Source of the DNA: Candidatus Latescibacterota bacterium
GTDB lineage: Bacteria > Latescibacterota > UBA2968 > UBA8231
Assembly: GCA_965197905.1 (NCBI GenBank)
Contig: CBDAOB010000004.1
Location: forward strand, 512,001 to 576,000
Reading direction: 5' to 3'
Length of the DNA: 64,000 nucleotides
This document shows, in pieces, positions 1 to 9,980 of the stretch. The position numbers and the translations under genes were made by a program. The first letter of the stretch is position 1. Every line of letters starts with the position of its first letter. The notes under the pieces were generated by a model. It was not told the origin of the DNA and did no database searches. It saw nothing but the letters and a program-made list of their open reading frames with translations.

Positions 1-74
1 CCTGTTGGCCTGGTAAAGCGGCCGCTAACCTCTCGTTTGCTCATATTCGTTTAATCTCCACTGCTGCAGTTGCG

Positions 75-518
75 CTATTTTGATCCAGACCTTTCAGGCG
101 CCTCCAGTTCGCCTATTGCCTCCGCCAGCATCTCCTTAACCTCGAGCAATTGGTCCGGGGTATCGGCGTACCATAGCCGCAGGGGGTGAGCTGAACCGCC
201 CAGATAACCCCAGCGTCTGAAGCCAACCGGTTCACCGCCAAGCACCAGCTCTTTCGCGTAAATCAAGACTTCGAGGTCGTCTTGATAGCCGAAGCGTTCA
301 ATCAAGTCCACCGACGACAATCCCTGCGGTCCGGCTCCCCGCAGGATCTGAAGGAGTGCTTTTCTGGGGGCAACTCTTACCAAATCTCTAAATTCACACA
401 TCGTTGGTGTTGGTTGGTATACCGCCCACATGACATACCGTAGCCCCATATTCACTTCTTTTGGCCTCGAACAACCGCCAAAATCTGTGCTTTCTCCGAA
501 GTCGATAGTCGATCCCAT
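75..518 (-). CDS. hypothetical protein at the end of a putative tRNA-Pro-integrated element
   Basis: 147-aa ORF with no recognised motif; start uncertain. Confidence 0.4.
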   Translation of the reverse strand: MGSTIDFGESTDFGGCSRPKEVNMGLRYVMWAVYQPTPTMCEFRDLVRVAPRKALLQILRGAGPQGLSSVDLIERFGYQDDLEVLIYAKELVLGGEPVGFRRWGYLGGSAHPLRLWYADTPDQLLEVKEMLAEAIGELEAPERSGSK

Positions 519-735
519 GCCTCCGCGACTTCAGCCAAACCTGCGGGCGGATTCTCGTACATACATGGTACATACTTTTCGTGCAAAGTTGTGTCTGGGT
601 TGTGTTCGGGTTTTGCAGGGATTTGTTTTTTGAGGCCTTGAACGGGATTCCCTATCTTCTTTTTCTGTAATGGATTTGCAGAGTTCTGTCCGGCTTCTGT
701 CGGAGAAGTGTCAGAATCGACAGTACCCTCGGAAT

Positions 736-762
736 GGGGTTCGAATCCCGGCACCCCGACCA
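736..762 (+). mobile_element. orphan 3' fragment of tRNA-Pro (att-like site)
   Basis: GGGGTTCGAATCCCGGCACCCCGACCA = T-arm, acceptor 3' strand CACCCCG-A and CCA, typical of tRNA-Pro; no D-arm, anticodon arm or CGGGGTG 5' strand upstream. Confidence 0.8.
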
Positions 763-847
763 TTGTAAACCCTTGTGAGACACCCCCGCGCTAATCGTAG
801 CGCGACCCGACTCATGGTGAGGTTGGTAGCCGCGCTGCCCCACTATT

Positions 848-1855
848 TTGTGCAAGGCAAGAGTGGAAAAGTCATTATCGAAGGAAAGTGAGAGATCGCA
901 TCGAGAATTCACCCTCGAGTTGATCGACGCGACGCTGCAAACCCACCCGCCGGCCCTGCCGGAGCCACCGGAGCGGCGGCTGGCGCTGCTGCTTCTGGAC
1001 CACTTGCTGCATGAGGAACCGGCGCCCGGAAGGCCGGTGATTCAAGCCTTCCACCACCGCCGCACGGCCGACGCGGCCGCCGACATCGCCGCTACCGTCG
1101 TCAGCTCGGGCGCTGCAATGTGGAAATTCTACGATCATGCCTTCGTCGTGCGCACGCCGGAGGTGACCCTTGGGTTCGACCTGACCCGCGAACACCTGGT
1201 GGGCGACCGCCGCTCGGATGACGTGCTCGACCGGATTTCCGACGCCTGCGACGTGCTGTTCATCAGCCATTTCCACGATGATCATGCCGATGCGCACGTG
1301 GCGGCCCGGTTCCTGGACCAGAACAAACCGGTAGTCGCGCCGCCCCAGGTGCTCAGCGAGCAGCCGTTCCACGAGCGCATCACTCACCTGCCGCGCGAAC
1401 CCCACCTGCTCCACGAACTGCCCGTGCGCGGCGGGGAAGTGCTCCTGCGCGTCGCCGCCAACCCCGGCCACCAGGGAGCGGATACCGAGAACAATCACCA
1501 CGTGGTGATCGCCCCGGGCGGGTTCACCGCGGTCCACACCGGCGACCAGGGGAACTGCGATGACCTCGACTGGCTGGACAGCGCCCACGACCACTACCAG
1601 GTCGATCTGCTGCTCCCACATTGCTGGGTGCCCGACTTGCAGCGGCTCGTAGCCGCCTATGCGCCGCGCTTCATCGTGCCCGGTCACGAGCGCGGCGAAT
1701 ACGAGTCGGTCTACGCACGGTTGAACGAGCTGAGCCATGATATCACTCACCGCGAACCGTACTGGCTCTCCTACAAGCGATTGACGACGCATCTCGACAA
1801 AATGCTGGTGATGACCTGGGGCGAGCGCTTCGACGCAGACAGCGGCTCGCAGTGA
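848..1855 (+). CDS. MBL-fold metallo-hydrolase (N-terminus uncertain, possibly truncated)
   Basis: ISHFHDDHAD (HxHxDH) motif, HTGDQ, PGHE. Confidence 0.8.
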   Translation: MCKARVEKSLSKESERSHREFTLELIDATLQTHPPALPEPPERRLALLLLDHLLHEEPAPGRPVIQAFHHRRTADAAADIAATVVSSGAAMWKFYDHAFVVRTPEVTLGFDLTREHLVGDRRSDDVLDRISDACDVLFISHFHDDHADAHVAARFLDQNKPVVAPPQVLSEQPFHERITHLPREPHLLHELPVRGGEVLLRVAANPGHQGADTENNHHVVIAPGGFTAVHTGDQGNCDDLDWLDSAHDHYQVDLLLPHCWVPDLQRLVAAYAPRFIVPGHERGEYESVYARLNELSHDITHREPYWLSYKRLTTHLDKMLVMTWGERFDADSGSQ

Positions 1856-1873
1856 CTCGCCGCGAACCCGGTA

Positions 1874-2046
1874 CTACTCCCCGAAAGAGGTAGGCGAGAA
1901 GCTTGTCCGCCTCGCACCAATCGGGCACGAGCATTTGCGCCCCCACCTCGAGGAGGCGATTCCGCTTCCAGTGATCCCAGCCGCCGTCGGTCTCGTTGCT
2001 GGCGATGCCGGCGGTGACCGCCCCCACCTCGGCGCCGTTTTCGATC
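1874..2046 (-). pseudogene. C-terminal fragment of a HAD-family hydrolase
   Basis: IENGAEVGAVTAGIASNE...WKRNRLLEVGAQMLVPDW resembles the HAD C-terminus; N-terminus absent. Confidence 0.55.
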
Positions 2047-2112
2047 TAAAGATGTCGTCCACCGTTGACTCCCTTCAAGTAGGGGGTTAGCCAAACGCCC
2101 CATCGGAAAGGT

Positions 2113-2283
2113 TTGATTGCTCTAGACGAGCATGGGTGTATCGAAGCCGAGGTTGCCGCCCGAATGGAGTGGGTACCCATAGAGACGTTGCCAGGTGACG
2201 TTTTGTGTTTCAGCTCATACGTACCTCACAAGAGTGATGGCAACCATTCAACACACCCACGAAGAATCTTTACGTTAACGTAT
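2113..2283 (+). pseudogene. fragment of a PhyH-like 2OG-Fe(II) dioxygenase
   Basis: IETLPGDVLCFSSYVPHKSDGNHSTHPRR motif; cut at the IS91-like end near 2278. Confidence 0.65.
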
Positions 2284-2850
2284 AGGAAAAATAAAGACCG
2301 TTATCGACAGTTGCGCCGAGGGTCCGAGCCGGTCTAGTGCGGCGTTTGTCGGGACATTTGCAACGTGTGGTCGGCTGGCCATGAGAAACGGCCGCGAAGC
2401 GCTAGTGCGGATCTATTTCGGGCACCTGAACGCCGCTTTTGAGCAACCGCTCAAAACGGGTAGACATACCTCGCCCTCAGCCAATCAGGCGTAGTCGAAT
2501 TGCGGTTGGGGATCTGGGCGCGAGGGTGCGATGCCGGCGGCGCCCGCGCCGGGTGGTGCCGTCCGACCACGGGGTTTTCAAAGTGTAGGTCAGGGTATCG
2601 GCGTCGAGCGGGCGCAAGCGGCCTGAAGCCAGGGGCGGGCGCATCACGTAGCGGCACAGTTGTTCCAGGCGGCTGCGGTGGTCGGCGGCAATTCGGGTAG
2701 CTGCATGCAGCGAAAACCCGCGGGCGGCGAAGCACAGGGGACCGGCGCAAACGCCCTGCTGCGGATCGACCAGGCGACGCCGGACCCGTTGCCCGACGCG
2801 TTCACCGGTAGTACCTTCCTCGAGCAGGCCGCGGCGAATATTTGGTTGTT
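2278..2850 (-). mobile_element. IS91/ISCR-family remnant: internally deleted Y2 transposase plus oriIS-like end
   Basis: GFSLHAATRI...RLEQLCRYVMRPPLASGRL...YTLKTPWSDGTT motif, then C-terminus RPDPQPQFDYA* in another frame; minus-strand end TTTTTCCTATACGT resembles ISCR oriIS. Confidence 0.85.
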
Positions 2851-2911
2851 GTGAAAACGAGAAATGCGACGAGAGGCGTCTTTTTAGGGAACTCGCGTCC
2901 TTACGAAAGGA

Positions 2912-5900
2912 GTGCCAACGGTGGACTTTTCTCATTTGCTTCGGGGGTGCTTGCCACGTCGGTCGCTGTGCGCCCTGGTTCTTGCAACAACAGCCTGGGC
3001 CCCAAGTGGGGAGGCGCAGGAGTACCCCTGGAAACATGTAAACGACGCCCAGTCGGCGCGGCCCTTTCTGCGCTGGGAGCGGCCCACCTACTCGAACTAC
3101 GCGCACCAGCATTTCGCCAACTACCAAGACCACTCCGCCCCCTACGAAGATTCGCCGCGGGCGTACTACGGATCGATGGGGAATTATCTCATTTCGGGGT
3201 ATTCGTTGTACGAATGGAGGGAAGAACGCACTCCTGGTCATGAGTGGACCAGCACCATTTTCAAACATTCCGACAGGGGCTCAGGCCCCTGGGTGACCGC
3301 TTTCGACAACATGGTCATGGCCAGGGACGGCTACGGGGACTGGGGCTACTCCCTGGTCGCCGGGGACGGGCTGATAGCGCGTTTCTCACCATTGGTGCTG
3401 TCCATGGTCGACCTGAACGGGGTGCGCATGGATGTGGCGGTTCCGAATCTGCGTTTTACCGGTATCGCGTCGCGCATCGAACGCCCCAAGATCTACCTCG
3501 AGAGCCCGGAGAAATGGGCGTTCGAGAGGTTCCACCTCGCCGACGATTCCACCCTCTTGCTGGGGGGGCGCGCCCTGTTCGACCTGAGCCGTCTACAGCT
3601 GGGTTTCAGTGGCGCCAACATTCATATCTATCGCAGCACCGAACCGGGCAACAGCCTCAAGGGTCGATTGCGCCCGGGACAGCCCGCGATCGAATGGCTG
3701 CTGGTCCGGTTCTCCGATGACTCCCCTGAGGACGGTATCGCGGGGGCGCTGGTGCAGGAAGTACAACTGGTGGTGAACGGGGAGACGCGCCCCGACCTGG
3801 TGCCCCGCGTCGTGTCTCATCAGGAAGGAATAACACCGCAGGTGGGTCGTTTTTCTTCGGCCACAGGCCGTTTTCAGCCGGTCGACTACACCAACACCGG
3901 CGGTTCCAATCTCTTCTACCACGGACGCCGGGATCTACCCCTCTTCTCGGACTATCTCTACCGCCTCGACCACGACGCCGACATCGACATAAGCGATGTC
4001 GCCAACATACCCGGGTTGGTGAGCGGAATCTCCGTACTCCGACCGGGTGACCTCGTGCGCGCCGACGGTGACGATCAGGTGATCTACCTCTTCGACATGA
4101 CCGGGGAACAGACGATAGAGTCGGTGAAGGTGGAGGCCCTGGTCGGCAACGACTTTCGGGTCGACGTGGCGCACCTGAACACCGTCAATACCCGTGGTCG
4201 CACCTACCATCAGCAGTTCCAGAGCACCTTCTATCGCACCGTAGCGCGGTCGAAGGGGAACGTACAGGATGTAGGCAATCTGAAACGGCGGCGGTTCGCC
4301 GTGAGCGAGGACACGGGCCTCTTCACTTACGGCACCGATCTCCGCCTGGCGCTGCCGGGTATGGAGGTGACTGCGGAGTACGCCGGCTCAGCCCGGTATG
4401 GCCGCTATCCCGCACTCATGGAAGGGGAGAACGACTTTCGCGCCGGACCGCGTTCGGTGGAGCGGGGCTCGGCCTTCTTTGTCAACGCCAGCCACTGGTT
4501 GTCCCGCGGCCGGATCGGGGGCGAGTACTTCCGCATCGGTCCGAGCTTCCGCACTGAGATGCGCAACTACCTAAGCGAATTCGGCCTCGAAAGTACCAAC
4601 CTGCAGCATATAACCAACAGGACCGTCTACTGGGACCTGGTGCAAGACAACGACGATGGCGATCGCTTCTCCGACAAGCGGGCGGGCAATCTGCCCGGGT
4701 TTCCCAACGATGCGTCCTCGCGACGAGACAATCGAGGCTCTAACCGAGACGACGACGATCTGAATGGCGTCACCCTGGGTCAGGACGCCGACAACGACGG
4801 CTTTCCCGACGTCAACCGGAACGGCGACCTGGTTCCCGATTTCGAAGAGCCGTTCCTCATGTACGAGGTGGAGCCGAACAAGTATGTCTACGGCCTGGAT
4901 CGGAACAACAACAACGAGCCAGACCTACGGGAGGACGATAACGATCCAGATTATCCGTACGACCTCGATAACAAAGGGTTCCACCTCTTCGGGCAGGTGG
5001 ATCTGAGTCGGCACTGGTCACTCGCCGTGGGACACTACGACGTGGAGCAGATCGCCGGCGCCGGCCGCAACCGATCCACTTATTCGCTGCTCACCTACCA
5101 ACGGTTGGGTAGGAATTGGCTGCCCCAACTGCTCTTCGAAAATAATCTCCGGCGCGTGCGGGACGATATTCCGGACGAATACCTCGCCCTGGATGTGCTT
5201 CCGACGCGGACATTCGATTATTACTCTGGAGGACTCAGGGCGGAACGCGGCGGAGGTGTCGGCAGGCTGCTGGACGGCCCCCCGATCTTCGGAACTCGCT
5301 TCGTGCCCGACCTGGTGGAATACCAGGACAGCTTCGTGAACGAGATGTACCTGGAAGCCCGTGTGATGCCGGTACCGGGGTTGAACCTGCACCAGAAGAT
5401 GCGCTGGCGCTTGAATTGGCAGCAAGGTGGGCAGTTGCGCCCGGGTATTTTCCAGCTCGAGCGCCGGGTCGATCTGTGGACTTGGGTGAGCCGGATCGAC
5501 TACCCCCTGCAGCTGGGACGCGTGACCATCATACCACAGTACAAATACATGCTCTTCCGGCTGTACGACCAGGAAAGGGACCGGGGCATCGAGTTCGAGA
5601 CCCGATCTATTCCGATCCTGCGCGTCGAATATCCCTTCTTGCCCCGCACCGTCCTCCGGGCCGGCTTCCAGGGAGTCGGTCCGTTGCCGTACCGATCAAA
5701 GGACCGCCTCGCCGGCCGGAACAGTTTCGAGCAGCGGACCGCCTTCCTGACCGCGACGAACCGGTCGAAATACTTCGGCTACGACCTGGTCACTGTCGTC
5801 GGTCTCAAGAGAGACCGACGCACCTTCGACGACCCGGGTCAGGAGCTCAACGAGTTCGATGTCTGGTCCTTCTTCGTTCGTGGGTTAATCGGATTTACCG

Positions 5901-5920
5901 AACACGGCCGGCCGATATAG
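2912..5920 (+). CDS. large secreted, probable outer-membrane beta-barrel protein with Ca-binding-like D/N-rich loops (paralog 1 of 4)
   Basis: signal-peptide-like N-terminus; DNDDGD, DADNDGFPDVNRNGD, DRNNNNEPD; amphipathic strands; ends GFTEHGRPI; full-length similarity to three other ORFs in the window. Confidence 0.75.
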   Translation: MPTVDFSHLLRGCLPRRSLCALVLATTAWAPSGEAQEYPWKHVNDAQSARPFLRWERPTYSNYAHQHFANYQDHSAPYEDSPRAYYGSMGNYLISGYSLYEWREERTPGHEWTSTIFKHSDRGSGPWVTAFDNMVMARDGYGDWGYSLVAGDGLIARFSPLVLSMVDLNGVRMDVAVPNLRFTGIASRIERPKIYLESPEKWAFERFHLADDSTLLLGGRALFDLSRLQLGFSGANIHIYRSTEPGNSLKGRLRPGQPAIEWLLVRFSDDSPEDGIAGALVQEVQLVVNGETRPDLVPRVVSHQEGITPQVGRFSSATGRFQPVDYTNTGGSNLFYHGRRDLPLFSDYLYRLDHDADIDISDVANIPGLVSGISVLRPGDLVRADGDDQVIYLFDMTGEQTIESVKVEALVGNDFRVDVAHLNTVNTRGRTYHQQFQSTFYRTVARSKGNVQDVGNLKRRRFAVSEDTGLFTYGTDLRLALPGMEVTAEYAGSARYGRYPALMEGENDFRAGPRSVERGSAFFVNASHWLSRGRIGGEYFRIGPSFRTEMRNYLSEFGLESTNLQHITNRTVYWDLVQDNDDGDRFSDKRAGNLPGFPNDASSRRDNRGSNRDDDDLNGVTLGQDADNDGFPDVNRNGDLVPDFEEPFLMYEVEPNKYVYGLDRNNNNEPDLREDDNDPDYPYDLDNKGFHLFGQVDLSRHWSLAVGHYDVEQIAGAGRNRSTYSLLTYQRLGRNWLPQLLFENNLRRVRDDIPDEYLALDVLPTRTFDYYSGGLRAERGGGVGRLLDGPPIFGTRFVPDLVEYQDSFVNEMYLEARVMPVPGLNLHQKMRWRLNWQQGGQLRPGIFQLERRVDLWTWVSRIDYPLQLGRVTIIPQYKYMLFRLYDQERDRGIEFETRSIPILRVEYPFLPRTVLRAGFQGVGPLPYRSKDRLAGRNSFEQRTAFLTATNRSKYFGYDLVTVVGLKRDRRTFDDPGQELNEFDVWSFFVRGLIGFTEHGRPI

Positions 5921-5940
5921 TTCGATACGAGAGGAACAGG

Positions 5941-6030
5941 ATGAGTCAGTTCAAGGGTGTGTTCCCGGCGACCATTACGCCGATGCAGGCGGATGGCCGT
6001 TTCGACGAACAGGCGGCCGGCGGCGTGACA
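5941..6030 (+). pseudogene. N-terminal fragment of a DapA-like (dihydrodipicolinate synthase family) protein
   Basis: MSQFKGVFPATITPMQADGRFDEQA preceded by RBS GAGGA; ends after about 30 codons. Confidence 0.7.
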
Positions 6031-6052
6031 AAGGTAAATTGAGATGACAGGG

Positions 6053-6240
6053 TTAAATCTTGATGATCGACTGCGACTCCCCTACTCCATCGCTACGGGT
6101 ATGCCCAAAGGTGGTGACGCGGAGATCGAGGGGTACCTGCAATCGTTGCGAGTCCAGGGTTTCTGTGTCGTCGAGAGGGTGACCCCTGAGGGCGAAATCA
6201 GCACGGTGCGCGAGAGCGTGCACCGGGGGAGCCGGCTGTT
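6053..6240 (+). repeat. 188-bp partial copy of the 5' end of the PhyH gene (inverted copy of 10830..11017)
   Basis: hand alignment gives about 10 mismatches in 188 nt, no gaps. Confidence 0.9.
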
Positions 6241-6297
6241 CGTCGGGGTCTTGCAGGAATCGAAGTATTCAACTCGTTCTGCGAGAACTCTGCTGAA

Positions 6298-6531
6298 GTG
6301 GGCAACTCGAGTAGGTTGTGGGACGAATTATCCGCGCACAAGATACGCCTCTTGGGGTTGGCGGTTGACGATGGCCACTGGCGGTCTGATCCGATAAGCG
6401 AGGGAAAGGGCTTTGTTACGGTACGAGCGCAGGCTTTGACCGAAGTGGATCTGCTTCAGGCGATTCGCCGTGGGCATTTCTACGCAAGTACGGGACCGAC
6501 ATTCACAAATATTTCACTAACCCTATGTTAA
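6298..6531 (+). pseudogene. C-terminal fragment of a PHP-domain (CehA/McbA-like) metallohydrolase
   Basis: LWDEL...AVDDGH...LLQAIRRGHFYASTGP parallels LWDRF...NTDAH...AFWAGHFFASDAP of 8701..9750. Confidence 0.65.
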
Positions 6532-6538
6532 TGTAAAT

Positions 6539-8197
6539 GTGAGAATAGTTACCGGCATGAATCTAAACCGCCCACTGAAAAAGAAGCTCGAGATACCTGA
6601 ATCAATAGAGAAAATCATAATCGTTAGTGACATACACGCGTTTCTATCACCGCTTAGAGAAATCGAGAAACTCATCGGCGATAGGCGAGCAACAACCCAG
6701 GTGATGTTCAACGGAGATGTATTCGGCATTGGACCAGAACCAATAGAATCGCTCGAGTGGGTGATGGAGCACGCAGGTGACTATTTCGCCGCGGGGAATA
6801 ATGACGACAATGTGGCGTTTCTCGAGCCGACGGACGGAACGTTTCCTATCAGCTCCTTTGAAGGTATACGGCAGGCGCTTACCGAAAACCACTTGAAATA
6901 CCTGCTGGATAAGCCGTACGTAATCGACGCGACCTGGCGCGGATACACAATTCGTCTACTCCATAGTCATCGGTTAGCGTCGGGTGAAATCTGGACAGAC
7001 CGTCCTCTAGTGCCGTCTCTCGAAGATTTTGCGAAAGATTTCATGGAGGACGGAGTTTCTCTCACGGTCGCTGGCAATATACATATCCCATTCGTGCGTA
7101 TGATAGACGGAAAACTGATGGCCAACGCCGGATCAACAGGCTGCACGTTGGAAGGCTTGATTGGCAACGACGGGAAACTGGTTTATTACGGCTATAAGAA
7201 CCCGATTTGGGATGATCGGCAGAGTTTTTTGCAGGTTATGCTTTCAGATGGGGAGCTTACCGCGGAAGTCGTGCGGTTTTATGCCGGCGGACACGTCGCG
7301 GCGCTCGAAAAAATGACACCTGCTGAAGAACCTGGTTTAGAGAAACACAATGTCATTATGCGAGAGCAAGTCAACATAGTCGCAGAGATATACGAGAAGC
7401 TTCGCGATAGAAAGGACGTCAGCGTACTCGAACACGTACGGCTTCTAAAGGATCGCATGATCCTTGAACAAACGGCGAAAACTATTACGAAGCACTATGA
7501 CGAACGACGGATTTTACCGCTGGACGGTACGCGAAACACGAGGGATGTAGGCGGCTATCCAACCATAGACGGTGGAGTCACGCGATGGCGCAGGTTCTAC
7601 CGGTCCGACACCTTGCACCGTGTTTCGCCTGCATCGCAAGCAATGCTCATTGAGTACGGACTTCGCACGGTAATCGATTTGCGGCTCAATAGGGAACTCC
7701 GGAAGGAACCAAACGTCTTCGCCGAATCTGAAAGGGTGACATACCATCATAAGATGATTATCGATGAAGAACTGGAGCCGGAGCTTAATGCGAAGCAGGC
7801 ACATTGGACGGATCATGAGAGCTTCATGCACTCGTACACAACTGTGCTCGATCGCCGGCAGCAGCAGCATTGCGAAATTGTATCGTTATTGGGTTCGGCT
7901 GGCGCACTTCCTGCGCTGGTGCATTGTCGCGGGGGAAAGGATCGGACAGGTACTATGACTATGTTGGTTTTAGGCGTCGTCGGTGTAGCCAACGAAGCTA
8001 TAATAGAGGATTACACGCTTAGCGACCTCTACCTTCGAGATCGGACGGATCTTCAGCGCCGTAGAACCATGGCTGAAAACATGAGAGCTTTTCTTGATTA
8101 CATAGACGAAAAGTACGGCGGGATAGAATCATATCTTACCGGGGGCGGCGTCACCGGAGCGCAGATCGCGTATCTTCGCAAGGCGTTGGTCGAGTAA
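6539..8197 (+). CDS. fusion of a metallophosphoesterase domain and a protein-tyrosine-phosphatase (Y_phosphatase3-like) domain
   Basis: N-half SDIHA/NGDVFG/GNND/NAGS; C-half NTRDVGGY, VIDLR, HCRGGKDRTG (CX5R), DYTLS. Confidence 0.8.
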   Translation: MRIVTGMNLNRPLKKKLEIPESIEKIIIVSDIHAFLSPLREIEKLIGDRRATTQVMFNGDVFGIGPEPIESLEWVMEHAGDYFAAGNNDDNVAFLEPTDGTFPISSFEGIRQALTENHLKYLLDKPYVIDATWRGYTIRLLHSHRLASGEIWTDRPLVPSLEDFAKDFMEDGVSLTVAGNIHIPFVRMIDGKLMANAGSTGCTLEGLIGNDGKLVYYGYKNPIWDDRQSFLQVMLSDGELTAEVVRFYAGGHVAALEKMTPAEEPGLEKHNVIMREQVNIVAEIYEKLRDRKDVSVLEHVRLLKDRMILEQTAKTITKHYDERRILPLDGTRNTRDVGGYPTIDGGVTRWRRFYRSDTLHRVSPASQAMLIEYGLRTVIDLRLNRELRKEPNVFAESERVTYHHKMIIDEELEPELNAKQAHWTDHESFMHSYTTVLDRRQQQHCEIVSLLGSAGALPALVHCRGGKDRTGTMTMLVLGVVGVANEAIIEDYTLSDLYLRDRTDLQRRRTMAENMRAFLDYIDEKYGGIESYLTGGGVTGAQIAYLRKALVE

Positions 8198-8234
8198 CGA
8201 AGTTCCGCTACGAGTAACTAGACGCGACCGGAAG

Positions 8235-8466
8235 ATCCCGGCGTCACGACCCCAGAATCCTCAACCGCAATTGGAACGTCTGATTGGCTGCGGGCGAGGT
8301 GCGCCTGCCCGTATTGAGCGCCTGACCAAAGAGCGGCGTTCAGGCGCCTGAAATAGATCCGCGCCAACGCTTCGGGGTCGTTTCCCATGGCCGTGGACGG
8401 ACTCCACGCTCAGCCATCAACGCAGTAGAAGCGTCCATCACACGGCTCGCGTATCCTTGCGTCGAT
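8235..8466 (+). mobile_element. diverged copy of the IS91/ISCR 3' end
   Basis: CAACCGCAATT...TGATTGGCTG.GGGCGAGGT...AGCGGCGTTCAGG.GCC.GAAATAGATCCGC matches the reverse complement of about 2370..2520. Confidence 0.75.
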
Positions 8467-8700
8467 GTTCCCGCCGCGTTCCAACCCCGGCAATACCGCC
8501 AAAACGCACGGTTGCTTCGCCGATGCGCATGGTCTTCTCCACAACCCACAACCGACTTGCATTACCGTCATCCCCCACCTGGAGCGCCAGCTTCCATACG
8601 GGCCAGAGGCCCTCGCTGGCTCCTCCGACTCTTCTTGTTTAATGTGAATATCTGTAACGAGGCGTTCGAAAGGTAGCTCATTCTCCGGGAGATCAAAAAC

Positions 8701-9750
8701 ATGGCCAAACTCACCGACAAGGAACGAAAGCAGAAAGCCCTGGCCCGCAAGCGCGCCGCCTATCCCGACCAGGTTATCGGCTTCTGGAAGGACGCGATGC
8801 GCGACCGCATCGATGCGACTCGAAAGCTGGCCTCCTTCAAAGTCCGTCGAGGAGATTGTCACAGCCATTCGACCTACAGCGATGGAATCGGAACCGTGCC
8901 AGAGATCGCGAGCTGGGTCGACAGGGCGGGACTGGACTTCTTCTTCTTGACGGACCACCACACCGTTCGGCAGAAGACGGAATGCGTCAAATACAGGAAC
9001 ATGTGGTGGGGTCAGGAGCCGGGGACACAGTATCACCACCTGGGTATCCTCGGTCTGGACAGGAAGTACACGGTGAAACAAGATCTGGTCAAAGACTACC
9101 AGGCGGTCATAGCGCGCGGTGGTTTTCCTTTCATCCCCCACCCCAACGGCTGGTTTCCGCGCCGGCGCTACACCAAGCAGCAGGTTGACTCGTTGAATCT
9201 GCTTGGAGACGACTTTACGATGGAACTGATCAACGGCGCCAACAACATCTTCGACTGCTTTGATATCACCGACAGGTGGTCGGTCGAGCTTTGGGACCGA
9301 TTTCTCTGTCAAGGCAAAGTGGTCCGAGGCATGGGAAACACGGATGCGCACTTGCCGCAAGCCATCGGAGATGTATGGAACGGCGTCTCCGTGGATCGCT
9401 TGACCAAAAAGAACGTGCTGGACGCCTTCTGGGCAGGCCACTTCTTCGCTTCCGACGCGCCGTTCATCAATTTGAGGTGTGGCCGAAGTCAAATGGGCGA
9501 CACGGTCAGGAAGCGGAAGGGCAGCAGCGTCGAAGTGCGTTTCGAGTGCGTCGACAGCATGGGACTGCAGCACGTACGAATCGTCGCCGATGGCAAGGTG
9601 GTCAAGGAGATCTGGCCCAAGGACGAGCAGGTTGTCAAGGGAACACACAGATTGAGATTCAGGAGCGGAACATCCTACATCCGCGTCGAGTGCTTCGCCA
9701 GGGATAACCGGAAAGCCTTCGCGAATCCGAGCTACATCCGGGAGGCCTAG
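8701..9750 (+). CDS. PHP-domain (CehA/McbA-like) metallohydrolase
   Basis: GDCHSHSTYSDG, LTDHH, IPHP, NTDAH motifs. Confidence 0.85.
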   Translation: MAKLTDKERKQKALARKRAAYPDQVIGFWKDAMRDRIDATRKLASFKVRRGDCHSHSTYSDGIGTVPEIASWVDRAGLDFFFLTDHHTVRQKTECVKYRNMWWGQEPGTQYHHLGILGLDRKYTVKQDLVKDYQAVIARGGFPFIPHPNGWFPRRRYTKQQVDSLNLLGDDFTMELINGANNIFDCFDITDRWSVELWDRFLCQGKVVRGMGNTDAHLPQAIGDVWNGVSVDRLTKKNVLDAFWAGHFFASDAPFINLRCGRSQMGDTVRKRKGSSVEVRFECVDSMGLQHVRIVADGKVVKEIWPKDEQVVKGTHRLRFRSGTSYIRVECFARDNRKAFANPSYIREA

Positions 9751-9753
9751 CCT

Positions 9754-9980
9754 CTAGGCTCGTCGCGCCAGCTTATTAGCGAAAACCGCGATCAGCCCCC
9801 CCAGCATGATATAGCCGAGGATCACCTCCAGGCTCGTCCAGAACAGGGCGGCGGCGTTTTGCAGCTGCACGGCGCAATAAAAACCCGAAGTCGTAAAGGT
9901 AGCCAGGCTAAAATAGAGCGGCGTCCAGAACCCGTGGTGGTACTGCTGAGGATCCAGGTAGATTTGCGGCATGGCCCAGC
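9754..9980 (-). pseudogene. C-terminal fragment of a 2-TM potassium-channel-like (Ion_trans_2) protein
   Basis: LYFSLATFTTSGF pore helix and LEVILGYIMLGGLIAVFANKLARR; no proper N-terminus. Confidence 0.65.

Noticed and set aside
700..762. Complete tRNA-Pro gene
   Set aside because: Only the T-arm and 3' acceptor strand are present
2477..3268. 263-aa ORF as an intact transposase
   Set aside because: Its N-terminal half is antisense to OMP1; only about 110 aa are transposase and they are internally deleted
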